A stretch of 64,000 bases of DNA, from contig OZ024743.1 of NCBI GenBank assembly GCA_964016885.1, forward strand, positions 377,518,001 through 377,582,000. The letters are read 5' to 3'. The notes beneath the pieces are model-generated. The model was not told the origin of the DNA and made no database searches. It was given only the letters and a program-made list of their open reading frames with translations. The DNA is from Eledone cirrhosa (lineage: Eukaryota). Below, in pieces: positions 15,023 through 29,100 of this stretch (positions within the stretch are counted from its first letter, which is position 1; the number at the start of each line of letters is the position of its first letter). The position numbers and the translations under genes were made by a program.

Positions 15023-15570
15023 CTTCTTACATAATACCGTTACCTTCTCGGGGCAATCCAAATTAAAACAGCAAGGTAACGGACAAAGATGATGTTCTTG
15101 AAGCCTTCGCCCGTTGCCTTGAGAGCCCTAATTCACCTCCACAGCTTTGCGCAGGCGCAAATGCGAAGGAAGTTTACCATCTAACTACTACCCAAAACAC
15201 AACGAAAGTAGCCTAGGCAAGGCCACCACCACCCACCCTGGCCTATCTCCCCTACCGGTAAGGTGACACGGTCAGAGGGTTCACGCCAGCCACTAAGTTA
15301 TAGCTTGCTGCTAGTCCCACGTCCATCAGATATTTGATGTCTCTTGTACTCTGCAGGTTGGTCAAATTTGGACCTTGAAACCTTGGGTAGCGCTTTTGTT
15401 CAGTGTATGAACATAAATAAATAATATAATACATCTACGATGGATGATCTGCTTGACGTTGAGTACTTTGATTAATTTGTTGCACCATCTTTTGCTAACC
15501 CGAACCGCCAGTTCTACCCACTGATAAATAGCCTAACATAAATAATATATATATATATATATATATATAT

Positions 15571-18338
15571 TGTTATGCTTTGGGAGCGTCATGTTGCCAA
15601 TAAGAAACACACGCACCAGTTGCTTTCACTTCAATTTATTATGAATTAAATTTATAAATTTAGGAATTTATAAATTTCCGGTTGGTTGGTTGGTTCCACA
15701 ACCAGACGATTGTTCATATATTGTCAAAGTTCTTTCGTCACACATTATGTGACCTCTTCAGTGACTGGGGATTCTTTTCTTTGTTTTTGTGCCTCTCCTT
15801 TGTTCTGTCCTACGCCATCTTGTTTTTGTGTGTGTTGTGTGTTTACTTTGCGCATGTGTTACATCCGGGTGTCTGTGTGTGTTTATATTTGTTTATTTAT
15901 TTGTTTATTTACATGTTACTGGTTGGTTGTTTGTTCTATGTGTGTGTGTGTTTTCATTTTGTCCTTAATTGTAAGTTGTGATATTGCTATTCCCTTCATG
16001 TTTTCTATTTAATTTTGGTTGGAGTTCATTTATGTTTATTGCTTCTGTGATTTGTCTAAACATTGCGTCTTTTCTATTTTTATTTCTATGTTCTCTAATT
16101 TACCCTTATGTTCTATTTTAGCATGTTGGTAGAGTACAGATGATTCTTTACTATCTTGAAGCTCTCGCCAGTGTTCATTTATCCGTTCTCCTATACTACG
16201 AGCTGTCTCACCTATGTACACTATATTCTTATCTCTACATTGTCCTTCAGTACATCTTATGCTATATACTACATTTCTAGTTTTACAGTTAATATGGGGG
16301 CTTAGTTTACAGATTATACATTTCTTATCTATACAGAGAGGTCTTTGAAAAGGGTATGTATTACTAATAAGTGTTTTTATGGAGGTACCTGGTCTTTCTA
16401 CTTTCTTAATATTGAGTTTATGTTTATCTAGGGCCCTTCTAAATTTGTAAGCTAATTCACCTCTAGGGGTTGTATTGATGAACATTACAGTCTGGTATTT
16501 ATTGCTATCATGCCATGAGTTTATTCTATTAACTTTATTCCTAGTTCTTTCTATTCTATTCCAAAATTTGCTCCTATACAAGGGGCAGGTCCCATTTGTA
16601 TCATTATTTACCATTTTTTCCCATTTGGTTCTGGCTCTTCTATACACTCTGATTTTATCTCTCTGATTGTAACCAGAGAACTGCATACGGTGGATGAAGT
16701 GTTGTATGTGTCTCTCTAGTTCTTTGGGGTTGCACATGCGGGACACGTTTTTCATCACCCGTACCAAATCCACAATCAGTATGTTGATTTTGGTGTGGTC
16801 CGAAACAGCTGAGTTTCGGTGGATCAGATATTTGGAAGTCATGGGTTTGGCATAATGGGAATGGAGGATTTGTTTGTTGTTATTAATGGTTTCTAACCAG
16901 AGCTCTGTGTCTAGTACAGGTAATCGATGGTTGGGGTGTTTGCTTGGGCAGTCTATAGTATCTCTAATACTCTGGTGGATGGAGTTAGCTATTTGCTGGA
17001 TGCTTTCCATGGTGTGTTTCTCTAATTCCTAGTGGGGGTGTTTTTACTACGATGTTTATATCATCAACGTAGCGGGAGTACATTATCAGGGTTAAGAGGT
17101 TGCTGTCTTCTAATTGTTCTTTAAGTTTAAGTTTAAGTCTATTGTCCTACCATACCATGAATAGGTTAGCTATGTCACCTGCAATGCTAACACAAATGGC
17201 TGTTCCCTCCTCTTGGGCATATGTTTTTCCATTAAATTTGAACATATGTTCCTTAAGGGTTAATTTTAATTGTATAGGAGCAAATTTTGGAATAGAATAG
17301 AAAGAACTAGGAATAAGGTTAATAGAATAAACTCATGGTATGATAGCAATAAATACCAGACTGTAATGTTCATCAATACAACCCCTAGAAGTGAATTAGC
17401 TTACAAATTTAGAAGGGCCCTAGATAAACATAAACTCAATATTAAGATAGTTGAAAGACCAGGTACCTCCATAAAAACACTTATTAGTAATACATACCTT
17501 TTTCAAAGACCTCCCTGTATAGATAAGAAATGTATAATCTGTAAACTAAGCCCCCATATTAACTGTAAAACTAGAAATGTAGTATATAGCATAAGATGTA
17601 CTGAAGGACAATGTAGAGATAAGAATATAGTGTACATAGGTGAGACAGCTCGTAGTATAGGAGAACGGATAAATGAACACTGGCGAGAGCTTCAAGATAG
17701 TAAAGAATCATCTGTACTCTACCAACATGCTAAAATAGAACATAAGGGTAAATTAGAGAACATAGAAATAAAAATAGAAAAGACGCAATGTTTAGACAAA
17801 TCACAGAAGCAATAAACATAAATGAACTCCAACCAAAATTAAATAGAAAACATGAAGGGAATAGCAACATCACAACTTACAATTAAGGACAAAATGAAAA
17901 CACACACACACATAGAACAAACAACCAACCAGTAACATGTAAATAAACAAATAAATAAACAAATATAAACACACACAGACACCCGGATGTAACACATGCG
18001 CAAAGTAAACACACAACACACACAAAAACAAGATGGCGTAGGACAGAACAAAGGAGAGGCACAAAAACAAAGAAAAGAATCCCCAGTCACTGAAGAGGTC
18101 ACATAATGTGTGACGAAAGAACTTTGACAATATATGAACAATCGTCTGGTTGTGGAACCAACCAACCAACCGGAAATTTATAAATTCCTAAATTTATAAA
18201 TTTAATTCATAATAAATTGAAGTGAAAGCAACTGGTGCGTGTGTTTCTTATTGGCAACATGACGCTCCCAAAGCATAACAATATCGGTTTCAACACACGT
18301 TTTCAGATAAAGAATCTTGCTAAACAAATTCAGAAACG

Positions 18339-18340
<2 letters not shown>
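15571..18340. mobile_element. Penelope-like element with ~1-kb inverted 3' duplication (RT thumb, GIY-YIG, hammerhead)
   Basis: 15571-16581 is inverted at 17271-18280. GIY-YIG motif NVVYSIRC..VYIGETARSIGERINEH in ORFs 16036-17010 (-) and 17270-17815 (+). YSRYVDD in the spacer. Hammerhead GTCA-CTGAAGA-GGTCAC..GTGAC-GAAAGAACTT-TGAC at 18086-18128 (+) and 15723-15765 (-). Tail at 18281-18340. Flanked by (TA)n. Confidence 0.9.
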
Positions 18341-18435
<95 letters not shown>

Positions 18436-18664
18436 AATAAAATACAGAGTTATTAACTCATATTGACACTCTGCAATTAACAATGAGTTAATAACTGTAT
18501 TTTATTTGTATTTCGGCTCCCTAAGTAGGTGTGCTTATAAGTTGAGTGTAATAAGGCATTTATTTCTAGCATAACCACTCACGCCACGTATAGCTTACAA
18601 CCCACGAGGTGTATTTACTCTTGTGAGTTCTTGTTAAATGTGTTTTGTTTCATTTGATCTTATC

Positions 18665-18748
18665 TCTCGCTGACGAAATGCCTACGGATTATCTGTTACA
18701 AACACAATTTTCAGGACGAAACAGATTAAATCTCTAATCTGTCCGAGA
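18665..18748 (+). ncRNA. Type I hammerhead ribozyme with full stem III and GUC site
   Basis: TCTCG-CTGACGA-(stem II ..CCT/AGG..)-GAA-ACAGATTA-aatctc-TAATCTGT-C-CGAGA. Confidence 0.65.
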
Positions 18749-18891
18749 AATGAAATGGTTATTGATATGGTCTGTATATGAAATTCTATATCTTACTGTA
18801 TGTTTCAGGTTAAATATATAAAACATTTGTGGTATTTTCTACCCTCGTAATTTTAGACACGAAATTTACTGTCTTTATTTCTACATTAATT

Positions 18892-18970
<79 letters not shown>

Positions 18971-19167
18971 GTATATTCATTTTAGATTCTTTTTTTTTTT
19001 TTTGTCTTTACTGGACCTCTTTTCTGTTTTTCCATCGTAATCCTGTCTCTAATTTGTACTTCTGAAGAAGGGCTTAAGCCCGACACCTCGAACTTTCTTT
19101 CCTCTTTTCAATATAAAGCGTGAAACTAATAAAACTTTTTGTACTTCTGTTTCTTGTCTCCTTGAAC

Positions 19168-19217
<50 letters not shown>

Positions 19218-19274
19218 CGTGTGTGGGTGGGTGGGTGTGTGTGTGTGTGGGTGTGGGTGTGGGTGTGTGGGTGT

Positions 19275-19386
<112 letters not shown>

Positions 19387-19559
19387 ATACATACTTCCTC
19401 CACTCTATATATCTATATCATTCTGAGCTTATAAATCAAAGGTACAGCCTGAAGATTTATGTTAAGGATGCACGTATCTAGAATATTCACCCATCTACGG
19501 GTTAATTTTAAGAACAGTAGAAATTCAGTTAATCAAACAATTGGATACTGACACTTAAC

Positions 19560-20371
19560 TGACCGCTTCCTTTTCATGCCGGCCGCCGTCGCAACCTCAG
19601 TCCCTTAACTGCCGTTTTCTTTCGTAAAATGAAAAAGAACACATCCCGCCCGAAGAAGGGGCCGGTGAAATTCAGTGGCTGGTGCAACGGGTGTTACTGG
19701 CTGATGTAGCAGGTATCGTTGGCTGCTCTCTGCGATGATGGCTTCGTCATATTGTCCTTGTGGTGCCGTTAAGATATACTACCGAGACTGGGGTATAGAG
19801 CCTGGCACTCTCTCCCTCTCCCTTTTCCCTTATTTTCAATATTTAAATGTTTGTAACACAAATTGTAAATTTCTTTCATTTTTAATAAATGCATAATCGT
19901 AGTTAGTTTTTTTTTAAAAACAATATTTAATATTCATTGCTGAAACTAACAGAGAATCCACTCATATACAAAAATATCCCAGTAACACAGTTATTAATAT
20001 AAATCAAATTGTAATAAGTTCCGGCTCACAGCGACATCTTCTGGTGATGAGGATTATTAAATGAATTATCTTGTATTTCACTCAATGTTAATAAATAAAA
20101 TGCAGATTAGGCAAGGGAAATAACTCGTACAAGTAAAAGAATTGACACTTAGTATTTAAGATGGCTAGAGTGCTTTCCCTTGGAAATTTTTAGAAGACGT
20201 TATCTCTATTTCAGCTCCACTTGGTTTTGGTGAGGAAAAATGTGTGGCGACCTCAGCAACAGATCTCTATGCCACTCTATCCCTGGCAATTTCACTCTCT
20301 TTGAGTCAGATATCCTGAGTCCTTTAGGTTTAATCAGCACCAGTAGATGGCGCAATTCAGCAAAGGTGAGT
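19560..20371. promoter_or_regulatory. Unique CpG-enriched segment, candidate promoter / first-exon region
   Basis: Non-repetitive and CpG-rich at 19560-19800. CTCF-like words at 20031-20044 (-) and 20340-20353 (+). ATGGCG...AAAG|GTGAGT donor at 20365/20366. Confidence 0.3.
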
Positions 20372-20488
20372 TTTCACTTTTGTTTTGTTACTAGAGGCTT
20401 GTGTCATATATAACACAGTAGAAATGAGTGGTAAGTCCTCTGACCTCTGACCACTACAAGTAGTATCTTTGGATATTTATACATATAA

Positions 20489-20520
<32 letters not shown>

Positions 20521-20521
<1 letters not shown>

Positions 20522-20942
20522 AACAAGAATTGTAAGTCAACAGGTTAACATTAACTTCGTTTATTCATATTCGCTGCTATATATATTTCGGCGATAAACA
20601 TTATTCAACAGCTAATCAGACAGCTAGAACTTGAACAGAAAAAACATAATGTTGGAATAAATTTTACCTTGTTAATTTGTTGATATGTTCAGATCCGGAG
20701 GGTGGTGCTATTCATATGTTCAGATCTGCTATTCATATGTTCATCTAAGGATGAATAACACCACACTCCGAATTTGAACATATCAACGAATTAACAAGGT
20801 AAAATCTATTCCAACATTGTGTTTTCCTGTTCTAACTGCCTGATGAGGTCATAGCTGTTGAATAATGGTTATCACCAAAATATTGCAGCGAATATGAATA
20901 AACAAACTTTATTTTAACCTGTTGACTTACACTTCTTGTTTT
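20521..20942. mobile_element. Foldback element (~190-bp imperfect arms) with a degenerate hammerhead
   Basis: 20521-20715 is inverted at 20755-20942. CTGATGAGGTCATAGC..GGTTATCACC-AAAA at 20840-20880. Starts at (TA)n. Confidence 0.65.
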
Positions 20943-21415
20943 TACATTACTCCGGAGTAAACAGACCCACCTGCGTACTTCATCAAGTGCTTAACCTGCA
21001 TACTGAAGTGTTGGGAAACTACCAACACATACTCAAAGTTATATATATATATATATATATACTACTACTACTACTACTACTAAAACTCTGTGATTGTGTG
21101 CTTGTCTGTAATGTAATACAGCCAAAATGGCACATAATGGGAAAATACTTTGAAAGGAAGTAGCCCCTGAAATAGGAATACAAATGGAATAAAGCAAGTT
21201 TCACATAAATCGGAGCACGGGCTCCTGAGATACAGGGTTTTTCTGGGTACCTTTATAAACAAAGAGAGAGGAAGAGATACTGGTTGTGAGAGAGTAGATT
21301 GAAAGAGAGACATAGAGACAGAGAGGAGACAGAGAAGGAAAATGGAAATGAGAGCTGGTGGTGTTGTTGAATGAAATTTATACACACACACACACACACA
21401 TATATATATACATAT

Positions 21416-22940
21416 AAAAGCCTTTGACAGAGTTCCACGTGCTGTAATCTGGTGGGCTCTTAGAAAACTAGGAGTAGATGAATGGCTTGTGAAAGCAGTA
21501 CAAGCCATGTATAGGGGAGCAGTCAGCAAAGTTAGGATTAGCAATGAGTATAGCGAGGAATTTAGCGTACAGGTTGGGGTCCACCAGGGCTCTGTTCTTA
21601 GCCCTCTCCTGTTCATCATAGTCCTGCAGGCAATAACGGAGGAGTTTAAGACCGGATGCCCATGGGAACTCCTGTATGCTGATGACCTCGCACTCATAGC
21701 TGAATCTATGGTAGAACTAGAGAAGAAATTCCAAACTTGGAAGCAGGGACTAGAAAGAAAGGGTCTCAAAGTCAACATGACAAAGACTAAGGTCCTTGTA
21801 AGTAGACGAGAAAACAGAACCCAGATCCCCTCAGGGAAATGGCCTTGCTCAGTATGTAGGAAAGGTGTAGGTAGGAACTCCATTCTCTGCCCCAAATGCA
21901 AACAATGGGTACACAAGAGATGTAGCGGGATCTCAGGAAGCTTAATTAAGAATGTAGGCTTCACATGCAACAGCTGCGCTGAGACAGCAAACAGCCACAG
22001 GAAACAAGTACCACCAATCTCTGGGAGGGCTCTGTAGAAACAGTAGGCAGCTTCTGCTACCTAGGTGACCGAATTAGCAGCGGAGGTGGGTGTTCAGAAA
22101 GTACAATAACTAGGGTAAGAACGGGATGGAAGAAGTTTAGGGAACTACTACCACTGCTAGCTGCAAAAGGCTTCTCCCTCAGAATGAAAGGCAGACTGTA
22201 TGATGCGTGTATCCGAACAGCGATGTTGCATGGTAGTGAGACCTGGGCGCTGAAGGTGGAAGACTTACGTAGATTAGAGAGAAACGAAGCCTGCATGCTC
22301 CGATGGATGTGTAACAGTAATATACGTGAACGACAAAGCATAAATGAATTGAGAGAGAGACTGAGCATAAGAGGAATCAAATGCTGTGTGCAGGAGAGGT
22401 GGTTGCGCTGGTATGGACATGTGATACGTATGAAGGATGACAGCTGCATAAAAAGGTGCAGAGCACTAGAAGTTGATGGAAACCGCGGAGTGGGGAGACC
22501 CAAGATGACCTGGGATGAGGTGATAAAAGCCGACCTTACCCAATTACACCTCTCAAAGGCAATGACACACGACCGTGACTTCTGGCGTCATGCAGTAATA
22601 CAGAGTACCCGACCTCCCATGGGTACAATCTGAAGCATATAGACAATATGCCCCCACACCCCCCACCTCAAGGTGGTCGTAGAGGTACCACGGCAAAAAA
22701 GCACCCAGCCCACACTGTAAAGTGGACGTGTAGGCGCCACGAAAAAGCACCCAGCACTCACTGTAAATGAGATTGGTGTTAGGAAGGGCATCCAGCTGTA
22801 GAAATCAAGCCAGAATCAGTTCCTGTATGAGCAAGGCATGGTCAGCCGACCAGACACTGCCCACAACAGGACAACCCGTCTAACCCATGCTAGCGTGGAA
22901 GAACGGACGTAAAACGGTGATGATGATGATGATGATGATG
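21416..22940 (+). mobile_element. 5'-truncated RTE LINE (subfamily A), frameshifted
   Basis: KAFDRVPR, GVHQGSVLSPLLF, LLYADDL, C4HC3 finger, RWYGHV.RM, (GAT)n tail. Confidence 0.92.
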
Positions 22941-23044
22941 ATACATGTCTGTGTATGTTTCAATTATTTAAACATTACCTTTAAGTGAACATGACCCAAC
23001 AGGTCACGGGTGGTCTAGTATATACATATATATACATACATATA

Positions 23045-23275
23045 CAGTGTGAGCATAAAATCTTTGAAACTACAAAACCCACTGAGCTTTTTGTTTCATA
23101 GATGCCATTTTGTTACTGAAAATTACAACTACATCTTATGGAAGAGAAAATGTAAAACATGTTCAGGAAAACTTTAAACTTGAAATTTATAAATTAAAGA
23201 ATGAAAAAGTAAAATCTCAAACAGTATCCGAGATATGATATTTTATAATCAGGGAAAGACTTTATGCTCACCCTG
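23045..23275. mobile_element. Tc1/mariner-type MITE
   Basis: TIRs CAGTGTGAGCATAAAATCTTT / AAAGACTTTATGCTCACCCTG with TA on both sides. Confidence 0.7.
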
Positions 23276-23482
23276 TATATATATATAGCAAATGTAAAAC
23301 TATAATTACATATGATAGTATATAATTGCCATGTCATTTCAGAATTAGCTCAATGTGTTTTTATATTATATTGCATATATATATATATATTGACAGTAAA
23401 TCGACTTTCGTCAAATCGGACCAAGGAAACAATTGGTCTTTCCAATTGCTAATCCTATCTATCGGTTGCAACTCCAGGTAGA

Positions 23483-23600
23483 AGGAGCAACGTGAAATAA
23501 AGTGTCTTGCTCAAGGATATAACGTATCACCCAGTACGGGAATCAAACTCACAACCTCACGATTGCGAATCTAATTCTCTAACCACTCAGCCACACGCTT
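23483..23600 (-). mobile_element. tRNA-derived SINE 5' part (same family as 48933-49718)
   Basis: Minus strand has TGGCTGAGTGG (box A), GAGTTTGATTCCC (box B-like) and the CCTTGAGCAAGACACTT core. Confidence 0.65.
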
Positions 23601-26064
23601 TCAACTAGATGGTGATCAGTTGACATGCTACCTATGCTAGCGTGGAAGATGATGATGATGCTGATATATATATATATCATCATCATCTTCCACGCTAGCA
23701 TAGGTAGCATGTCAACTGATCACCATCTAGTTATCTGCCACCTAAGACTACCTAAAACCAACAGAACTCACAAAACTTGTAGGTCCAGCTCAAACTATCA
23801 GATAAAGTAGGAAGCACTGGCAGATACAGAAGTCAGGAAGTTTACAGATGCCACTGCAAACTCCCTGAGCAAACTGAGGATATTGAAATGGGATGAAGAC
23901 TGTTTCTGCTTCAACTATTAAAATTTGTGACTGAAAGAGAATTAGTATAGTGTTAGGTAGCATGAAAATCCCTTGGTTCAATCAAGTGGTCAAGGGTGCC
24001 ATCTGAGCATAAAAGGAGACTTACAAGCTTGGCTTGGAAAAAAAGTCTTTCTTCTTGCACTTGCAATATAAGCAGGTGCAAAAAGTTGCTGTAGGGACAG
24101 TAAAAAGGTTCAAAGTTAAATCACGGGAGGACTTTTGAGGTTAAGTTGGATTCTGACTTCAGATCAACAAATAAAATGTCCTGGCAGACCATCTGCTGAC
24201 TTCGTAATAAAAGTCCTCCTCCACACCTGCTATCAGGAACGCATATGTGGTTCAACTCTCTTCAGAGAGGTGCATCCTCATGTTTTTGTTGTGACGAACC
24301 AACTCCATACATATACATACGCACACACACACACACATATATATACATATATAAATATGTATATACACACACACACATACATACATCCAAATCCAGGACC
24401 TTCTTACTCCTATTGTAGTAACCCTTCCCTGGTTGACCACCACTTCCTATCTTTGGCCATACTGGGCCATGTGGAGTCATGGTATCAGGTCAGATTGTCA
24501 TGACATTTTGATTTTGGCTGCATGCTAGTTGTTCCCCAATACCTTGGTGTCCATTCTGTCACTAATAGTCCACCTGTTGTCTCTGAGACAAGAGGTGTAG
24601 CCAACCCATCTATGTTTGCCCTTCTTGATGTCCTTCACTCCAGGCGTTGCTCTTCCTGTCATGTAAGATAATGTCAAGCACGATTCACTCCATTTTAGGT
24701 TGGGCCACTACAAGAGTCTCTACAGTGGCGGTGTTGAGTTCCCAATGAATATATTTTGCCCATCACCAGCGGCACATACTCATTAAACTTTCTCTTGATT
24801 GTTAATTTCTAATGATACTATAAACTTTTCCAAAATCCTCCCAGTCAAGCACAATCCTTCTTTTGACCTCCAGAAGTAGGGCACTATCTCTTGTAAACTG
24901 TCTACTTGCTTGATTGTCTTTCTATCTACTCTTGGGTCCCAAATAATAGGGGTGTTGATTTTTTTTTTAAATTAGAATTAGTCATTTAGTTTACATCGTG
25001 AGACCGCAAATTATCCTATTTATTTTATAACGTATGGCATTTCTAGTAATGTACTTTGTCATGTATAATGATTTTTAAAGTCAAAAGAACATTAATTGTC
25101 ACAGGAATGCTACCACTTAAACTAAAACTTCACCAGAGATAGATGAGCTTGGTTTTGCTAAGATGCATGTTAAGGCCTACTGGTAGGTTGACATACATAC
25201 ATAATACATTGTTATTGGTTTCAGTTATTGGACTGTGGCTATACTGAGCCACTGTTTTCATGGATTTAGTTTTAGTCATATACTGATCCCAGTACTTATA
25301 TTTTTTAAATAGAGAAGACTTGTTCACTCAACACTCGACAACCACTTCTAAACAGAGTTGTATTTCAAATTTATGTAACTATGCTTCAACTCATAACTCC
25401 TGATGGAATCAGAGTCTCTGTCATTATATAGTGTGTCTTGGGCACTGTAAACCTGGCAGAGCCTATCTCCTTTCTAAGTTGGATTTCTTCCAGAGGGAGA
25501 GGAAGATATAGGGGAAGAATGGACCCCAGTACTAGACTGGTCTTTTTTTTATTGACTTCTTGGCATCAACTCTTTTAGCTATTTTTTATGATACACAGAG
25601 ATGTGGTGTAGCTATTCTAAACCAGATACACACAATAATAATCATCATCACTATCATCATCATCGTTTAGCATGTTTTTTCCTGCTAGCAAGGGTTGAAT
25701 GTGTTGTCACAGACCAGTGAGTACACAAGCAGAGCCACTAACATCTAGGTGACCTCGGAGGTTCGACATACAATCCCGCACTCTACCAAGTGCATTTTAT
25801 TGTGGCACCAACACTAAGGAGTTGTTCTGACCTTCATACAGCTGAGAAGTTGTTATGTCTTTGACACAACTGAGAGTCCTCCCAACCCTTTGTTTGGCAG
25901 GTTTTCTACAGCTAAATACCCTTCTTATCACCAACCACTTTACAGAGTGTACTGGGTGTATTTATCATGTAGATCACCAACAGTAGGGAGGTTGTCAAAA
26001 TACTAAAAAAATTTAAAAAAAAGAACAATTTATTAATTGACAAATTTAATTGAAAACAAAATAG

Positions 26065-26070
26065 TTTATT
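26065..26070 (-). terminator. Candidate polyadenylation signal for SPCS3
   Basis: AATAAA on the minus strand, 37 nt downstream of the stop codon. Confidence 0.5.
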
Positions 26071-26107
26071 AACTTAAATAATATCAATTAAATGAAGGTG
26101 TGGTGAT

Positions 26108-29100
26108 TTATGGTCGAAAGGAGGTGTAGTGGTCTGGGAAGGCGAAGTTATATTTTCCATCTGCAACAACTTTGGGTAATGTTCCAGCGTTTGGTATAAC
26201 ATTCCACGACAATGACAATGTCACATTTTTGTTACCACTGTTTTTCGGGGTTTGTTTAGAAAAAGAAAAAAGAAAAAGAAATACAGAATTAATACAACAA
26301 AAGATTTATAAATACAATTATTAAGCAAAATTATTCTCACCCTCAGGAATATAAAAAGATTTTTATTACAATAAAATTCTACTAAAATGTTTCTTTGTTG
26401 GTAAAACCATATTCTTGTCTAAGTCTTTTATGCTGTTATTCTTTTCCTAGTTTCAATCATTTCAGTTTGGCTATGTTAGAGTACTGTCTTTGAGGGATTT
26501 CAGTCATTTGACTCTGGCTATGTTATGCTGAGGAACAAGCCAGGACAAAATGTTTTTGTGGAAGACCACCTGTTGCCCTTAGCATACCGGTCTCCCCTTT
26601 CCATGCCACTAATATAGTCCAAGTGAAAGGCTGATACAGCTTGGAACCAGTGACGTCACAACTCATTTCCAGCTGAGTAAAATAACATGTCTTACTCACA
26701 GATACAATGCACTACCCAGCCCAGGAATCAAACTCACAACTTCATGATTGTGAATCCAAACCATTAAGCCATGAACCTTGATGCCTACAAAAGAACTCCC
26801 TACATTACATTACATAACTACAATAATTTCTATTACTTAAAAACAAACAAAATACTGAAGTTGTCAACTGTTGATACTAGAAGTGAAAGACTTACCGTAA
26901 ACCATTTCCAAGATCCCAGAAATGGTATTTAGTGTTCATACTTCTATAATCCAGTAATGCATTTTCTCCACGGCGAATAATTTTGTCCCAAATGATGACT
27001 TGATTGAATTTCTGAAACAGAATTACAAGTAGAGATTAATTTCACATTAACCTTTTCATGACTGCATTTCTAATGAAATACACTCCATTTTAATTAATTA
27101 GTGAAGAATTTTGAGGGATTTGCTAAAGTTATTAATTATTTCATTACTAAGGTAGTAATTTAATGTAAGGTTCTTATATAAAATTATGTTGGAAGATTTT
27201 AATTTAAATTGGAAACCTTTAAAATGGGTGGTTTTATTTCATAGAGCCAGAGCCAATTTTAGCTGGTTTTGGCCAGGTTGGTAACTAAAGGGTTAATTAT
27301 CGTCAACAATATCATCCTTTTTTAGGTCCATTTTTCCATGTGAGTCTTTTCCAACACAGATTCCCTTCACAGATTATGTTCCTTTGTCATCTCTTCTCTT
27401 CTCTGAGGATCAACATTTTGAGATCAGCTCTCACCACTTCTGCCCAGGTTTTCCTTGGCCTTGCTCTACTGCAGCTTCCTTTCACTGGGAGCTTTTGGCA
27501 CTTCTTCATCCAACTATCATCATATGTCCATACTAGTGCAGTCTTACATACTACATTTGATACCTCTTATACTCAGTTTCTCTCTCTCTGCTCATCCATG
27601 CACATTAACACTACATGTCCATTGAAGTATGCTTGCTCACTTCATTTCTCTCCAGCCTTCAGATATCCTCTACATTTACTACATATATATCAATTCCTTG
27701 CAACACAGCACTTTGCATAGAGACATCATAAAACCAGCCTTTCATTCATTGAGAAACCTTTTGTTGTCAACAAAGGTAGTAGATCCCTGAACTTTTTCTA
27801 GCCTGTTCTTATTCTTTCAGAGCAACACCTCTATTGTTTAGTATTTCATTGTGGTCATACTTCATGGCTAACTAGTTAGTGAGATAAATAAAAGCAACAC
27901 AATATTAATCCTTTCAGCAAGATGGACTAACAATATTGAAGGTCACACTTTACAGTTAGCAACCATTGTTTTCGGAAGTTTAGAAACCCAGGAAAAAGAA
28001 GCAGACTGCCAAAGAGATACAAGCCTATCTGAAGCTGTCACTTTTGATATGTAAACAACTGATGCAGAACCAGGTGTGATGGAAGCTTCGTCGTCGTCTT
28101 CTTCACCCACATATTCCTGAGAGAGTCATGGGGGAAGAGTCCTCAAACACTCCTTCCAGCAGGTCCTGTCAAGCAACCGTCTCCAACTGATCTGGCTGGA
28201 TCCCCAAGCGGGACCAGCCAAGTACATGGATGTTATCCAACCATCTTGCTTGGAGTCTACACTTGGATCTCCTGTCGGTTGGTTTTGCCCGTAAAATCTG
28301 TCTGGTGATTCTTTCCTGAGACATTCTAACCACATACCAATAGTTTCGGAGCTGTGATCTCTCAATTCTCAGAAGTAGCAGGTCTACCTGGAGTGACTCT
28401 CTCATCCCTGAGCTATACACATTATCGAATAACATTACTTCAAAGACCCTTCGGAGGAATCCCATTTCAGCCGCAATGGAAACAACATATACTATTTGGC
28501 CAGCAAAGGAATTGAATAGTTTTAAAAAGTAAATCAATCAATCATGCAATCATCATCATCAGCTGATGATATTTATATGCTGTAAATAAATGTTTCTGTG
28601 AAAGATTAGAAAGACATATATGTAACATGTCCTTACGTACATGATCTGCTGTTTCATATTCTGCGGTGAGATAGAGAAACAGAAGTTTCACATTCCAATT
28701 AAATAATCTAGAAATATGTTCGGATCATTAAGGAAAGTACATTTTAATTTTATAATATTCACAACAATCTTTTTGCTTTTATTTAGAAAAAATACAATAC
28801 CAAACAATAGTGCTTCAATTATCAAAAGCAACAATGAAGATATTTTTGGTTTGGTTTGGTTTCTATGGCTTGATGCCCTCTCTAATGCGAACCACTTTAC
28901 AATATGTACTGGGAGCATTTTATTGTAGTAGCAACACTATCCTAACAGGATAGACTGGGTGTGTTTTATTGTGGTTCCAGCACTACCACTTTACAGAGTA
29001 GGCTAGGTGTATTTTATTGTGGTTCCAACACTACCATTTTACAGTGTGCACTGGGTGTGTTTTATCATGGCACCAGCACTAACATTTTTGAGTGCACTTG

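Noticed and set aside
15682-16012. Hydrophobic membrane-protein-like ORFs (mirrored at 17839-18169)
   Set aside because: Antisense reading of the AC-rich PLE 3' UTR.
19560-19830. 7SK, RNase P/MRP, telomerase RNA or antizyme frameshift site
   Set aside because: Diagnostic motifs were not found by eye. Kept only as an unexplained island.
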